A stretch of DNA of 64,000 nt from an uncultured Thermococci archaeon (GCA_964595645.1 CAZQQT010000002.1:128001-192000), one strand, 5' to 3'. Shown: positions 9,381 to 19,188, counted from the first letter of the stretch. A program made the numbers and translations. Notes: a model not told the origin generated them from the sequence alone.

Positions 9381-10126
9381 ACGATCAGCTCCTGTAATTT
9401 CTCCTCTGGATTCTCTGCAGTCATAAGTGCTGTGCCCACAAGAATGCCATCAATATGCTCTTTCACCGTTAATACCTGCGATCTGGTGCTGAACCCGCTC
9501 TCACTTATCAGCGGTTTTTCTACTGAGACATTTTTTAGGATTCTGCATGTATGGAAAATGTCTGTGTTCATCGTTCGCAGATCTCTGTTATTTATACCGA
9601 GAAGATCTGCTTCCGTTTCTGCTGCCTTTACCAGTTCTTTTCGGGAATGGACCTCCAGTAACACCTCGAGTCCATGCTCATGGATATATTCTATCATTTT
9701 ATCGAGATCGAAGTACCCACGATCTGCCAGTATAAAAAGCACCAAGACAGCATCTGCACCAATTCGTTCTGCAGCATCAACCTGTACTTCAGAGATGACG
9801 AAATCCTTCATTAAGAGAGGAAGATCGACCTGTTCTCTCACCTGTGCGAAACGATGTAAGCTTCCTGCAAAGCTCTTCGGTTCGGTGAGAATGGAGAGTG
9901 CAGCACAGTACTGCTCCATGGTACGTATCATCGTTGAAGGATCTTCTTCTTTTCTTAGGATCCCTTGGGAAGGCGATGCATATTTCAGCTCGCCTACTAA
10001 TGAGAAAGAGTTGTGTTCTAAGGTTTCTCTGAGTGATTTTCCCTTCTTTGCTTCCGTAGTTATATTGTAGTATCCTTCTCTCACTGTGTGTAGCGTTTCA
10101 TTCACTAGCATATCAAGGATATCCAT
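9371..10126 (-). CDS. trpC: Indole-3-glycerol phosphate synthase
   Basis: ELKYASPSQG, LSILTE, LMKDF, GINNRDL, SESG. Confidence 0.96.
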   Translation of the reverse strand: MDILDMLVNETLHTVREGYYNITTEAKKGKSLRETLEHNSFSLVGELKYASPSQGILRKEEDPSTMIRTMEQYCAALSILTEPKSFAGSLHRFAQVREQVDLPLLMKDFVISEVQVDAAERIGADAVLVLFILADRGYFDLDKMIEYIHEHGLEVLLEVHSRKELVKAAETEADLLGINNRDLRTMNTDIFHTCRILKNVSVEKPLISESGFSTRSQVLTVKEHIDGILVGTALMTAENPEEKLQELIVCG

Positions 10127-11158
10127 CTACTCACCAAACCTTTCTAGAACAGAGATATCTCCACCTTCTCTTACCAGCAGCTCAAGTTTTCTAAACGCTT
10201 GTCCAGAATCAATGCTTTCTTCAGCAATTTCCATCGCCTTTTTAAGATCGTTTGTTTTTCCTCCTGCAATTATTGCCAGTGCTGAGTTTGCTACGACAAT
10301 GTCCCTTTTTGATCCTTTTTCTCCTTTTAAAATATTGTATATTGTTCTTGCACTTTCCTCCATTCCATTTGTTTTTAAATCGCTTAAATGGGCCTTTTCA
10401 AGGCCAAAATCCTTTGGTGAGAGCTCATATATCTTTACATCCTCTTTTATTTCTGCCACGAGCGTTTTCCCCAAGATGGTAACTTCGTCCATGCCGTCTC
10501 CATGAACAACGAATGAGTGATCCACGCCGAGCCGTTCTACTGCATGAGCAATTTTTTCAATGATAGTTGGCGTATACACACCAAGTACTTGGTGGTCAGC
10601 ATCTGCGGGATTTGTTAACGGACCAAGAATATTAAACACAGTCCGCAACGCTAGGTTTTTTCGTACAGGCATTGCATATCTCATTGCAGGATGAAAAACC
10701 GGAGCGAACATAAATCCGATACCTATTTTCTCAATAATTTTTTCTATCTTTTCTGGCGCTGTCTTCATAGAGACTCCCAGAGCCTCCAGGACATCTGCAG
10801 AGCCTGCGTTGCTTGTGACAGATCTATTCCCATGTTTTGCGATGGGAACGCCCGCCCCGGCAGCAACGAACATTGCGGCTGTAGAAATATTGAATGTCTT
10901 TATTTTATCGCCCCCCGTTCCACAGGTATCGACAAGTCCTTCCTTCATAGGGGCTATCTGTATACACTGTTCTCTCATGCTTCGGGCAAACCCTGCAATT
11001 TCTTCAGAGGTTTCACCTTTCATTCTCAGTGCGATGAGAAATGCGGATATTTGTGTCTTTGATGCCCTTCCTTCCATTATGTCGTTCATACTCTCAAAAG
11101 AAGTCTCTTCTGAGAGATTTTTTCCTTCTGCCAGATCTTTTATTGCGCTTTCGATCAT
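10127..11158 (-). CDS. trpD: Anthranilate phosphoribosyltransferase
   Basis: DTCGTGGD, FNIST, AKHGNRS, RTVFNILGPLTNP. Confidence 0.97.
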   Translation of the reverse strand: MIESAIKDLAEGKNLSEETSFESMNDIMEGRASKTQISAFLIALRMKGETSEEIAGFARSMREQCIQIAPMKEGLVDTCGTGGDKIKTFNISTAAMFVAAGAGVPIAKHGNRSVTSNAGSADVLEALGVSMKTAPEKIEKIIEKIGIGFMFAPVFHPAMRYAMPVRKNLALRTVFNILGPLTNPADADHQVLGVYTPTIIEKIAHAVERLGVDHSFVVHGDGMDEVTILGKTLVAEIKEDVKIYELSPKDFGLEKAHLSDLKTNGMEESARTIYNILKGEKGSKRDIVVANSALAIIAGGKTNDLKKAMEIAEESIDSGQAFRKLELLVREGGDISVLERFGE

Positions 11159-11706
11159 TTCCTCACCTTCAAAAAGTTTTTTATTATTTTTTTGCCCTCT
11201 TTCGTGAGAATAGATTCTGGATGAAATTGTAACCCTTCTACAGGATATATTTTATGCCTAACTCCCATAATTTCCCCTTTTTCGGACCGAGCTGTTACAT
11301 AAAGGTCTTTTGGGATCTCAGACACTATTAAAGAATGGTATCTTGTAGCTTCAAATGGGTTAGCTATTCCTTTGTATACACCTTTTCCGTCATGGGAAAT
11401 TAATGATGTTTTTCCATGAACTATTCTTTTTGCTCTTTCTACCTTCCCCCCAAACGCTAAGGCAATAGCCTGATGCCCGAGACAGACGCCGAGTAGGGGA
11501 ACATGTTCCCCATGGTGCTGTATACGTGCCATGATCTCTGGGATACTTTGCGGATGACCCGGGCCTGGACTCACCACAATTTTTGCGTATTTATCGATTC
11601 TGAACTGTTCATCATTTCTTACCACACTTACTGTCGTATACTCGCCGATATACTGGACTAGATTGTAGACAAAGGAATCATAGTTATCGATAACAAGCAC
11701 CGTCAT
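11155..11706 (-). CDS. trpG: Anthranilate synthase component II
   Basis: IDNYDSFVYNL, SPGPG, GVCLGHQ, QFHPES. Confidence 0.96.
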   Translation of the reverse strand: MTVLVIDNYDSFVYNLVQYIGEYTTVSVVRNDEQFRIDKYAKIVVSPGPGHPQSIPEIMARIQHHGEHVPLLGVCLGHQAIALAFGGKVERAKRIVHGKTSLISHDGKGVYKGIANPFEATRYHSLIVSEIPKDLYVTARSEKGEIMGVRHKIYPVEGLQFHPESILTKEGKKIIKNFLKVRK

Positions 11707-13067
11707 TCTAACACCTCGTGAACAGCCTTTTTCATTGCCTCGAGTTTTTTTTCTGTTTCAAAGTACTCTTTCTCAGGGATAGAATCTGCAACAATTCCTG
11801 CACCGGCCTGCATCGTCAACACTCCTTTATTTACAGTGAGGGTCCTTATTGTAATTGCAAAGTCCATGTCACCGTTATATGAAAAATATCCCACACCCCC
11901 TGCGTAGATATCCCGTTTTTCTGGTTCTAATTCCTCGATAATTTCCATGGCTCGTATTTTTGGAGCACCACTTACAGTACCGGCTGGAAATGTTGCCCTG
12001 AAGAGGTCAAAGGCGTCTAGATCTTCACGAAGTATACCAGAAACACTGGAAACTAAATGTTGAACATGACTGTACTTCTCAACAACCATAAAGTCTCCCA
12101 CCGTCACCGATCCGTACTCACAGACCTTTCCGAGATCGTTTCTTCCGAGATCGAGGAGCATTACATGTTCTGCTCGTTCCTTTTCATCTGTCAGCATCTC
12201 TTCTGCAAGCATTGCATCTCTTTCTTCAGTTTTTCCTCTTCTCCGAGTTCCAGCAATAGGCCGTACCCACGCTTTTTTACCCTCTAGCCGCACCAACATT
12301 TCAGGGCTACTTCCCAGTACAAAAAGATCGTCAAAGTGTAGAAAGTACATATAGGGTGAGGGATTGATTTTCCTGAGAGCGCGGTAAAGAAGGAGAGGAT
12401 CACAGTCTACCTCAGCTCTGAGTTTTCGTGAGAGAACGACCTGGAAAATATCCCCTGCGTAGATATACTCCTTGGCTCTTTGCACTATTTTCTCAAATGC
12501 TTTTTTTGAGATAGAGGAATAAAATTTTTTGTGTGTTCCATTAGTAGATAGTATCTTTTTTTCCTTCAACTTTTCTTCAAGACACGCAATTCGTTCCTCC
12601 GCACGGCTGTACGGTTCATGGCTGTCCAATGTAACAAGGATGTATGTCTTCTTGGCGACATGATCGAATACAATACAGTCATCGGTTACCATGAAGAGTG
12701 CATCGGGAATGGCATTCTCTACATTTTCTTTGGGTAGCCTTTCAAACTGCCTCACCATATCATAAGAAACAAACCCCACGATGCCTCCAACGAATCTCGA
12801 TATATTTTTATCTGAGCATGTTTTCTTTTGTACAAACTTTTCCAGAGATTCTATGGACTTATCCTTCAGCGAGATATGTTCCCTGGAGATGCCAAGGAAG
12901 GAGAATCTAGCAGTTTTATCAAACTCCGCACTTTCAAGGAGAAAAGAGTAGGGCTTTTTAATCCTCAAATAGGCTTCTAAAGGTGAAATGTTTAGTTTAA
13001 TCTCCTTAGACAGACATATTTTTTCATAATCTTTTCTTACATCTTCAAATTCTGATCTCGATAACAT
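11703..13067 (-). CDS. trpE: Anthranilate synthase component I
   Basis: LLES, NPSPYM, PIAGTR, KERAEH, FPAGTVSGAPK. Confidence 0.96.
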   Translation of the reverse strand: MLSRSEFEDVRKDYEKICLSKEIKLNISPLEAYLRIKKPYSFLLESAEFDKTARFSFLGISREHISLKDKSIESLEKFVQKKTCSDKNISRFVGGIVGFVSYDMVRQFERLPKENVENAIPDALFMVTDDCIVFDHVAKKTYILVTLDSHEPYSRAEERIACLEEKLKEKKILSTNGTHKKFYSSISKKAFEKIVQRAKEYIYAGDIFQVVLSRKLRAEVDCDPLLLYRALRKINPSPYMYFLHFDDLFVLGSSPEMLVRLEGKKAWVRPIAGTRRRGKTEERDAMLAEEMLTDEKERAEHVMLLDLGRNDLGKVCEYGSVTVGDFMVVEKYSHVQHLVSSVSGILREDLDAFDLFRATFPAGTVSGAPKIRAMEIIEELEPEKRDIYAGGVGYFSYNGDMDFAITIRTLTVNKGVLTMQAGAGIVADSIPEKEYFETEKKLEAMKKAVHEVLE

Positions 13068-13105
13068 AATATCCCCTCCTCCGATAAGAACTCACGCAGA
13101 GTACC

Positions 13106-13171
13106 TTAGAATCGCCACTCCTCTAATAAAGAGAGAAATTCCAGTGTTCCCAGTAGGGGCTTACTCTGCAT
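13106..13171 (-). CDS. Candidate leaderless trp leader peptide MQSKPLLGTLEFLSLLEEWRF
   Basis: ATG lies 29 nt from the first T of TTTATAAA, the expected TSS position; single Trp codon at position 19 of 21. Confidence 0.45.
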   Translation of the reverse strand: MQSKPLLGTLEFLSLLEEWRF

Positions 13172-13176
13172 ACCAT
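13123..13176 (-). CDS. Alternative trp leader peptide MVCRVSPYWEHWNFSLY
   Basis: Two Trp, two Tyr and one Phe in 17 codons; ATG only 24 nt from the TATA start, so it may lie upstream of the TSS. Confidence 0.4.
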   Translation of the reverse strand: MVCRVSPYWEHWNFSLY

Positions 13177-13192
13177 TCCAGAAGAAAGAGCA

Positions 13193-13237
13193 TTTATAAA
13201 CTTTACGCTTTTGTACATGAAAGTATAATATAGTACA
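13193..13237 (-). promoter_or_regulatory. trp operon promoter (BRE CGTAAAG + TTTATAAA) with three TGTACA-like boxes at 10-bp period
   Basis: TGTACA 13212-17, AGTATA 13222-27, AGTACA 13232-37; resembles archaeal TRP boxes. Confidence 0.6.
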
Positions 13238-13396
13238 TCAATTACACTTTATATACCTCAAACTACTATTTATATTAAAGTCGTTGATAGTTCCTTCAGA
13301 TATTTCACACAACACCCATCGAATTCCCTTCTGTACCTTTTCGTTCCATTGCGAAAGATACAAAAATTTAAATAGTTACAGTTACAATAGGTATGT

Positions 13397-13816
13397 TTGA
13401 AGATGAGAGATAAAAACATGGAGTACAAACGAGGAGACCTGAAAAAAATAATAGCTTCCTTAAAGAAAAAACGATTCACAGGAAGTGTACGATTCAATAA
13501 AGGAGAAGCGCTTTTTTCAGAGGGGAACCCTGTATTTTTTATTTACGATCATGAATTGAAGAAAGAAGATGTGGAAAGGTTTAATGAACAATCAAAAACA
13601 CCCTATAAGATAGAAAAACTTGATGAGGAGGAACTTCAATTAAGGATTAAATGGCACAAGCTCATCGATAACATTGAGGAAAAAAGCAGAGAGGAAGTCA
13701 TGGAAGATCTCGGTATACAGGAAGTGGAGAAAAAATATATTGTAAAAATTTTAGAAAGTGAGGATCTTTTATATCTCCTAGAAGAACGTGGTATTGATGC
13801 TTCTACTGAAGAATAA
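13397..13816 (+). CDS. Uncharacterised protein, DUF2226/DUF4388-like
   Basis: DLKKII..LK..RFTG.VRF..GEALF.EG pattern; related to the next gene. Confidence 0.5.
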   Translation: MKMRDKNMEYKRGDLKKIIASLKKKRFTGSVRFNKGEALFSEGNPVFFIYDHELKKEDVERFNEQSKTPYKIEKLDEEELQLRIKWHKLIDNIEEKSREEVMEDLGIQEVEKKYIVKILESEDLLYLLEERGIDASTEE

Positions 13817-14372
13817 CCCGGTAGCTGAGGACCTCAAATCATCGTATATTAAAATAGAGGAACTTATACGTGAGATGAAAGAAAAGAAACTTACAGGATT
13901 CATCGAAGTACAGTTGAAAAAGGATAAAGATGTGCTCCTCTATGAGTCGGGTAAGGTTGTGAAGGTACTACGAATTAACTCTGACGTACAAGTTATCGAC
14001 AAAGATAGTGTGGTCATTGATCTTGTGAAAAAAAGTGCGAAATTTAGTGTCTACAGAATGAAAGCTTCCGTGGTGAGAATGGTTCTTGATTCCGTTGAGA
14101 ACGATCCTGTCTACTCCCATCTCTCAACAGATTTTGTGGATATGAGGAGACTTTTGAGAAAACTTCAGGAGGATGAGTTTAACGGTACAGTGTATGCCTT
14201 GTGGGAAGATGAGACTGAAGGAGCAATTCTCCTCTCGGACGGACTCCCATCAAGTTCAGTGTATCGGAGTAGTGGATTCATTGAGGAGGGAGCTGAAGCA
14301 CTGGAGGAGATAATTCGAAATGCAGGAGGAAAAAATGCAATTTTAACCGTATATCCCGGAAAAAAACAGTAA
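13788..14372 (+). CDS. Uncharacterised protein with two DUF2226-like repeats
   Basis: Two repeats of L.....LL..L....[LF][TN]G....G.ILL..G. Confidence 0.55.
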   Translation: MVLMLLLKNNPVAEDLKSSYIKIEELIREMKEKKLTGFIEVQLKKDKDVLLYESGKVVKVLRINSDVQVIDKDSVVIDLVKKSAKFSVYRMKASVVRMVLDSVENDPVYSHLSTDFVDMRRLLRKLQEDEFNGTVYALWEDETEGAILLSDGLPSSSVYRSSGFIEEGAEALEEIIRNAGGKNAILTVYPGKKQ

Positions 14373-14383
14373 TTTCTTTACAC

Positions 14384-15136
14384 TCATTTATACGTTTTTT
14401 TCATGTCTTTTAATACAGGAAATTCATCCCGTATCTTTTTTACTAGTGACATGTCAATCTCACATATTAGTATCTTCTCCTCGGTATTCCCTTCAATGAT
14501 TCTTTCTCCCCACGGGTCGATTACCACGGAATGTCCGAAATACTCGAGGGTTTTATCTGTTCCCACTCTGTTACATCCAATGACGTATGCCTGGTTTTCT
14601 ATTGCACGTGCTTTCAGGAGCGTCCGCCAGTGATCGAGTCGAGGATACGGCCATTCTGCAGGTACAATTAGTAGTTCAGCTCCTTTTCTTGCAAGAGTTC
14701 GTGCAAGTTCCGGAAACCGTAGGTCGTAGCAGATAAGCATGCCCACATCCCTGTGTATACCAATCGTAGTCCCATGGTCAAAGAATTTTTCTTCGTTCAT
14801 TAATGAGAAGAGGTGCATCTTTCTGTACGAGGCCTCCAGTCCATGGGAGCTGACAACATGCATTGTATTGTAGCACTCTTCTGCCTTTTCAGCAATAGTT
14901 CCGAGAATTGTTGTACTATATTCTTCTGCAAGATCCGTCAGCGTTGTTATCGTTTCTCCATCCAGCGGCTCTGCCAGATCGTGGAGATTTTTTACATACC
15001 CCGTAGTCCAGAGCTCCGGAAGCACAATGAGATCTGATTTCTTTTCTGCTGCTTCTTTTATGAAAGATATCCCTCTCTGGAAATTTTTCTCCTTTTTTCC
15101 TACCTCTATGTCCATTTGCACTATCGAGATCTTCAT
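14384..15136 (-). CDS. Carbon-nitrogen hydrolase (nitrilase family, omega-amidase-like)
   Basis: LPELW, YRKMHLF, ICYDLRFPE, ARAIENQ catalytic motifs. Confidence 0.9.
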   Translation of the reverse strand: MKISIVQMDIEVGKKEKNFQRGISFIKEAAEKKSDLIVLPELWTTGYVKNLHDLAEPLDGETITTLTDLAEEYSTTILGTIAEKAEECYNTMHVVSSHGLEASYRKMHLFSLMNEEKFFDHGTTIGIHRDVGMLICYDLRFPELARTLARKGAELLIVPAEWPYPRLDHWRTLLKARAIENQAYVIGCNRVGTDKTLEYFGHSVVIDPWGERIIEGNTEEKILICEIDMSLVKKIRDEFPVLKDMKKTYK

Positions 15137-15159
15137 GGTCTTTTTAAAAAAGAAAGGTA

Positions 15160-15846
15160 TTAAAGCGTTGTGGTTTCCTTCTCAACTTTTCCATCGCGTA
15201 GGAAGATAAGCCGCTCGGCATTCCCCGCCATCTCCATATCATGCGTCACGATGACAATTGTCGTACTGAACTCTGTGTTTAGCTCCTCCAGAATTCCCAT
15301 AATCTCCTTTCCCGTCGTGGTATCTACGGATCCCGTAGGTTCATCTGCGAGAATAATTTTCGGGTCATTTACGAGTGCTCGTGCCATCGCCACACGCTGT
15401 TTTTGTCCACCGGAGAGTTCAGGAGGCGCGTGCAGTGCTCGATCCTTCAATCCAACAGCTTCAAGGAGATTCAACGCCTTTTTTTTCTTTTTGCGGTTGA
15501 TTCCTTCAGGAAGGAGGGGAATAAGCACGTTTTCCAACGCTGTTAAGCTGGGAATGAGGTTGTGACTCTGGAATACAAACCCTATTTTGTCTCTTCGTAG
15601 TTTATAGAGAATCGATTTTGGGATCTTTGTGATATTCACTCCATCGATGATGACGCTTCCAGCAGTCGGTGTGTCGAGCGCCCCTATCTGATTTAAAAAT
15701 GTCGTTTTTCCCGAGCCCGAAGGACCGACAACACTCACAAACTCGCCCTTTTCAATGGTGAGTGTCACTCCATCCAAGGCTTTCACGATGATTTCTCCCA
15801 CCTTGTAGTATTTTTTTAGGTCGATTAACTCTATCATATTACTCAT
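15160..15846 (-). CDS. ABC transporter ATPase (LolD/MacB type)
   Basis: GPSGSGKT, LSGGQKQR, ILADEPTG. Confidence 0.93.
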   Translation of the reverse strand: MSNMIELIDLKKYYKVGEIIVKALDGVTLTIEKGEFVSVVGPSGSGKTTFLNQIGALDTPTAGSVIIDGVNITKIPKSILYKLRRDKIGFVFQSHNLIPSLTALENVLIPLLPEGINRKKKKKALNLLEAVGLKDRALHAPPELSGGQKQRVAMARALVNDPKIILADEPTGSVDTTTGKEIMGILEELNTEFSTTIVIVTHDMEMAGNAERLIFLRDGKVEKETTTL

Positions 15847-16969
15847 TCCTCAATGCTTCTATCGGATCAATGGATGCAGCACGGTACGCCGGATAGAGAC
15901 CACCCACCACGCCGAGAGATACTGCAAAGAGCATGACCTCTCCTACCAGTGTTGTAGTAATCTCTGCTTGGAACAACGATCCCCAGTAGGATGCGAGACC
16001 TGATGTGGCGATTTTTCCCCCGAGAACACCGAGAACTCCACCGAACACACCCAGCAATGAGCCTTCTAGGAGGATCATCTTGAGTGCATCACTGTTGCTC
16101 CATCCCACCGCTTTGAACACACCTATTTCCTTTGTGCGTTCAATGACAGACATGAGCATGGTGTTCATAATTCCGATACCTCCAACAATTGCAGCGATAG
16201 CCGATATTGCCCAGGTCATTGTTTGTATAGTATCTAAAAACTCCCCTATCTCTTTTGTTTGTTCTGCAGAACTTTTTGCTTCCACATCCGAAACAATTAA
16301 GTTTATTCTAGTGGCAACTTCCTTTTCCGTACCGGGCTGTTCGACTTTCACTCGGACCATATGGAGGATATCAGGATCCATCCCCGCTACCTCTCGGGCG
16401 ATATCGATGGGTATCGCTCTCATCTGATCCATGATGCTGTTTCCCGTCTCGATGATTCCCACTATTTCAAACGAGTGATCGTAGAACTCAACTTTACTTC
16501 CGAGACGGAGATCCTCTGCCTTCGCGTAGGAGCTTCCTACTATCATCTTATATCTGTCACTTGCCCTTAGTGCTCTCCCTTCCTTTATCTCTGTTGCCGC
16601 TGTCCCTATTAATTTTTCAGTGACGGGATCGATTCCATAAACCTCAAAGCTCCCCGCACCTCTTCCACTTGTTATCTCCTTTTCAGGGATGATCACCACA
16701 GGGGCAACGTACTTCACCCCCTTTATCTCTTCGATGGTAGACATTACTTCTTGGTCCATGGTCTGGGGCGCCATGGCTTGTCCACTTTTGGTCACAGTGA
16801 TATCACCGGTAAGTGAGCTCATCACCTCCAACGCATTACTTCTCAGCCCATTGGAGATCCCTACCAAGGAGACAATCGCAGCGACACCTATCATTATTCC
16901 TAATAAAGAAAGGAACGTCCTGGATTTCCGCCTTAGCATATTTTTGTACACCATCTCCAGGAGATTCAT
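15839..16969 (-). CDS. ABC transporter permease (MacB/FtsX type)
   Basis: N-terminal TM, extracytoplasmic domain, NTMLMSVIERTKEIG, YPAYRAA.IDPIEALR. Confidence 0.92.
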   Translation of the reverse strand: MNLLEMVYKNMLRRKSRTFLSLLGIMIGVAAIVSLVGISNGLRSNALEVMSSLTGDITVTKSGQAMAPQTMDQEVMSTIEEIKGVKYVAPVVIIPEKEITSGRGAGSFEVYGIDPVTEKLIGTAATEIKEGRALRASDRYKMIVGSSYAKAEDLRLGSKVEFYDHSFEIVGIIETGNSIMDQMRAIPIDIAREVAGMDPDILHMVRVKVEQPGTEKEVATRINLIVSDVEAKSSAEQTKEIGEFLDTIQTMTWAISAIAAIVGGIGIMNTMLMSVIERTKEIGVFKAVGWSNSDALKMILLEGSLLGVFGGVLGVLGGKIATSGLASYWGSLFQAEITTTLVGEVMLFAVSLGVVGGLYPAYRAASIDPIEALRNE

Positions 16970-16973
16970 TGCA

Positions 16974-18476
16974 TCACTCCATCAGTTTTTTCATCTCTCG
17001 GTGTCTTTTAATCCACCATGCGAGTATCCCAATCACAAAAAGTACCGCAGCTCCAAGTATTAGTGGTGCACGCGACTCTCTTTCTTTCACTGTGAGTATA
17101 TAGACATCCTCGAGCGTTTTTTTATTCCCAGTCTCACCTTCGTATTCAACTGTAATGGCAACATTGATCTTTTTTCCTGCATCTGCTGGGACGATCGTGT
17201 TGAATACCGCTGCACTGCTCTCTTCTTTGCCGATACCTCCAACATAGCTGACAAATGTGCCAAGATCTGATGAGAATGTTACCTTTGCCACCTTCGCGTC
17301 ACCGGTTCCGATGTTCTCAAGGTTCACTGAGAGCGTCACTTCATCGCCTTTGAATGGTACCTTAGGATCCGAATCTGCCCCCTGAATTACTATCCGGGGC
17401 ACACCGCGGATCTCGAGTCCCAGTGTATGTGTTTCGGTTACTATCTCTCCACGCTCGTTCTTGTAAGCGAGGTTCACTGATATGGGGTAGGTTCCTGAAT
17501 CTAAGTCCTCGTTGATACTGAGATCAAATTCTACTTCTGTTGAGGTGTTTCCCCCGACATCGTTGTACACCTTCGTGAGATCGTCGTTGTTTGGAGTGAG
17601 AATGGGAATAGAGTTTACTACTGGATCTATTCCGATCTTCAACCATTCTATTTTCCCCTCTCCCGAGTTTTGGATGTTCATATGAAGCTCAAAATCATCA
17701 CCTGGAGACAGTGTGCCTGTGCTTACCTCATTAATATCTATTACCACATCTTTCATCTCTTCTATCTCGACAGCGATCGTTTTCTTTTCTGTTACTACAT
17801 TTCCAAACTCGTCTTTGTATGTAATGGAAAGTGTGAGAGGATAGACACCCTGCAGTGTCTTTTTATCCGTTTTCAGAGAAAATACAGTGTGAATTGTTTC
17901 CCCTGCGTCAATGTTTTTACGTATCTGTTCCATTGATCCCTTTGCAGGCATAAAGACATCACTCATGAGGATTAGCTTTGCCCATTCTATCTTTGCTCCC
18001 CCTTCATTATTCAGATTGAAACCAAGATCGAATGTCTCTCCAGGCTCGGGAGAGTCTGGATATGTGATATTTCCCACGGAAATTAGCACTTCGGAAACAA
18101 TCCGTAGTTCACAATCGAATTCTTGGGAAAAATTCTTGCTTTCTATTCTTCCTTCTATCGTATATTTCCCTGCGTTTGCGTTCTCGTCTATTTCTATCTC
18201 AAATATCGCCCTTTTCGGAATTGCTTTCCAGCCGTGTCCCATATCACCTAAATAGTACTCGGGATCTTCAATAGAAAATGGTCCCTTCGAGAACAGTTCT
18301 ACTCGAACGTTTTCGAGATCGAACTGTGTGTTGTTTGCGATAACAACACTTACTCGTGCGGTATCTCCTCCTTTGTAGTATGGGTTGTCTGGAATGACCT
18401 TCACATCGAAGGTATCTCCTGCGTATATTGGAGTCAGTAGACTTAAAATGACGACTAGTACTAATGCTCGTTTCAT
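16974..18476 (-). CDS. COG1361 S-layer-type multi-Ig-domain protein
   Basis: Signal peptide, repeated PG..F.L....N.G Ig units, C-terminal TM and basic tail; typical partner of this ABC pair. Confidence 0.8.
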   Translation of the reverse strand: MKRALVLVVILSLLTPIYAGDTFDVKVIPDNPYYKGGDTARVSVVIANNTQFDLENVRVELFSKGPFSIEDPEYYLGDMGHGWKAIPKRAIFEIEIDENANAGKYTIEGRIESKNFSQEFDCELRIVSEVLISVGNITYPDSPEPGETFDLGFNLNNEGGAKIEWAKLILMSDVFMPAKGSMEQIRKNIDAGETIHTVFSLKTDKKTLQGVYPLTLSITYKDEFGNVVTEKKTIAVEIEEMKDVVIDINEVSTGTLSPGDDFELHMNIQNSGEGKIEWLKIGIDPVVNSIPILTPNNDDLTKVYNDVGGNTSTEVEFDLSINEDLDSGTYPISVNLAYKNERGEIVTETHTLGLEIRGVPRIVIQGADSDPKVPFKGDEVTLSVNLENIGTGDAKVAKVTFSSDLGTFVSYVGGIGKEESSAAVFNTIVPADAGKKINVAITVEYEGETGNKKTLEDVYILTVKERESRAPLILGAAVLFVIGILAWWIKRHREMKKLME

Positions 18477-18657
18477 GATATCACCTACTTCAATGTAAGA
18501 AAGCTTATATATAAAGCTTTCGGATCTTACATAAAACAGAGGTTGGAAGAAAAAAAGAACTACAACAAGAATACACTTTTCATGCTACAAATTTCGATAT
18601 CCTCTCTTTCTTTTTTCAGATCGTTATTTTTATATTGTTCAAATATAACACATTTAT

Positions 18658-19188
18658 ATGAGCCAAAAAGTGAGGATCAAACGAGATTATGAAAAATGTA
18701 GTGGCTGTCGAAGATGTGAGATAGCATGTTCTCTTCATCATGAAGGTAAAATATGGCCCGAGGCATCGAGAATAAGAGTTTTCATGTTTGTTCCTGGCGT
18801 TGAAATTCCACACCTCTGTTTTCAATGCGAAGATTATCCATGTGTAGGTGCGTGTCCAGTCGAAGCATTGTCTGTAGATGACAACACAGGTGCAGTAAAG
18901 GTGGATGAAGCTGTGTGTACTGGCTGTGGATCATGTATAGAAGCTTGCCCCGGAAAAGTTCCGCATATGCACCCTCAAAAAAATAAGATAGTTATATGCG
19001 ATCTTTGCGATGGAGAGCCGAAATGTGTCGAGACATGTCAAAGAGGAGAGTGGAATGCCTTAACTCTCGTCCAGGAGGAAGAGGATATTTCTCATGAGGA
19101 TCGTGCAAAGTCCCCTACTGAAATTACTAAGGAAACCGCCGAAAAAATTTTTGGAAAAGAAATTTCTGAGGAGGTTCTAGGACAATGA
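18658..19188 (+). CDS. 4Fe-4S polyferredoxin subunit
   Basis: CSGCRRCEIAC, CFQC...CVGACP, CTGCGSCIEACP, CDLC...CVETC. Confidence 0.9.
   Translation: MSQKVRIKRDYEKCSGCRRCEIACSLHHEGKIWPEASRIRVFMFVPGVEIPHLCFQCEDYPCVGACPVEALSVDDNTGAVKVDEAVCTGCGSCIEACPGKVPHMHPQKNKIVICDLCDGEPKCVETCQRGEWNALTLVQEEEDISHEDRAKSPTEITKETAEKIFGKEISEEVLGQ

Noticed and set aside
13068-13176. T-box riboswitch upstream of trpE
   Set aside because: Too short; no GGTGGNACC T-box motif or recognisable Stem I apical motifs
13161-13193. Third trp-region mini-ORF MLFLLEWYAE
   Set aside because: Its ATG overlaps the TATA box, so it is unlikely to be transcribed from this promoter
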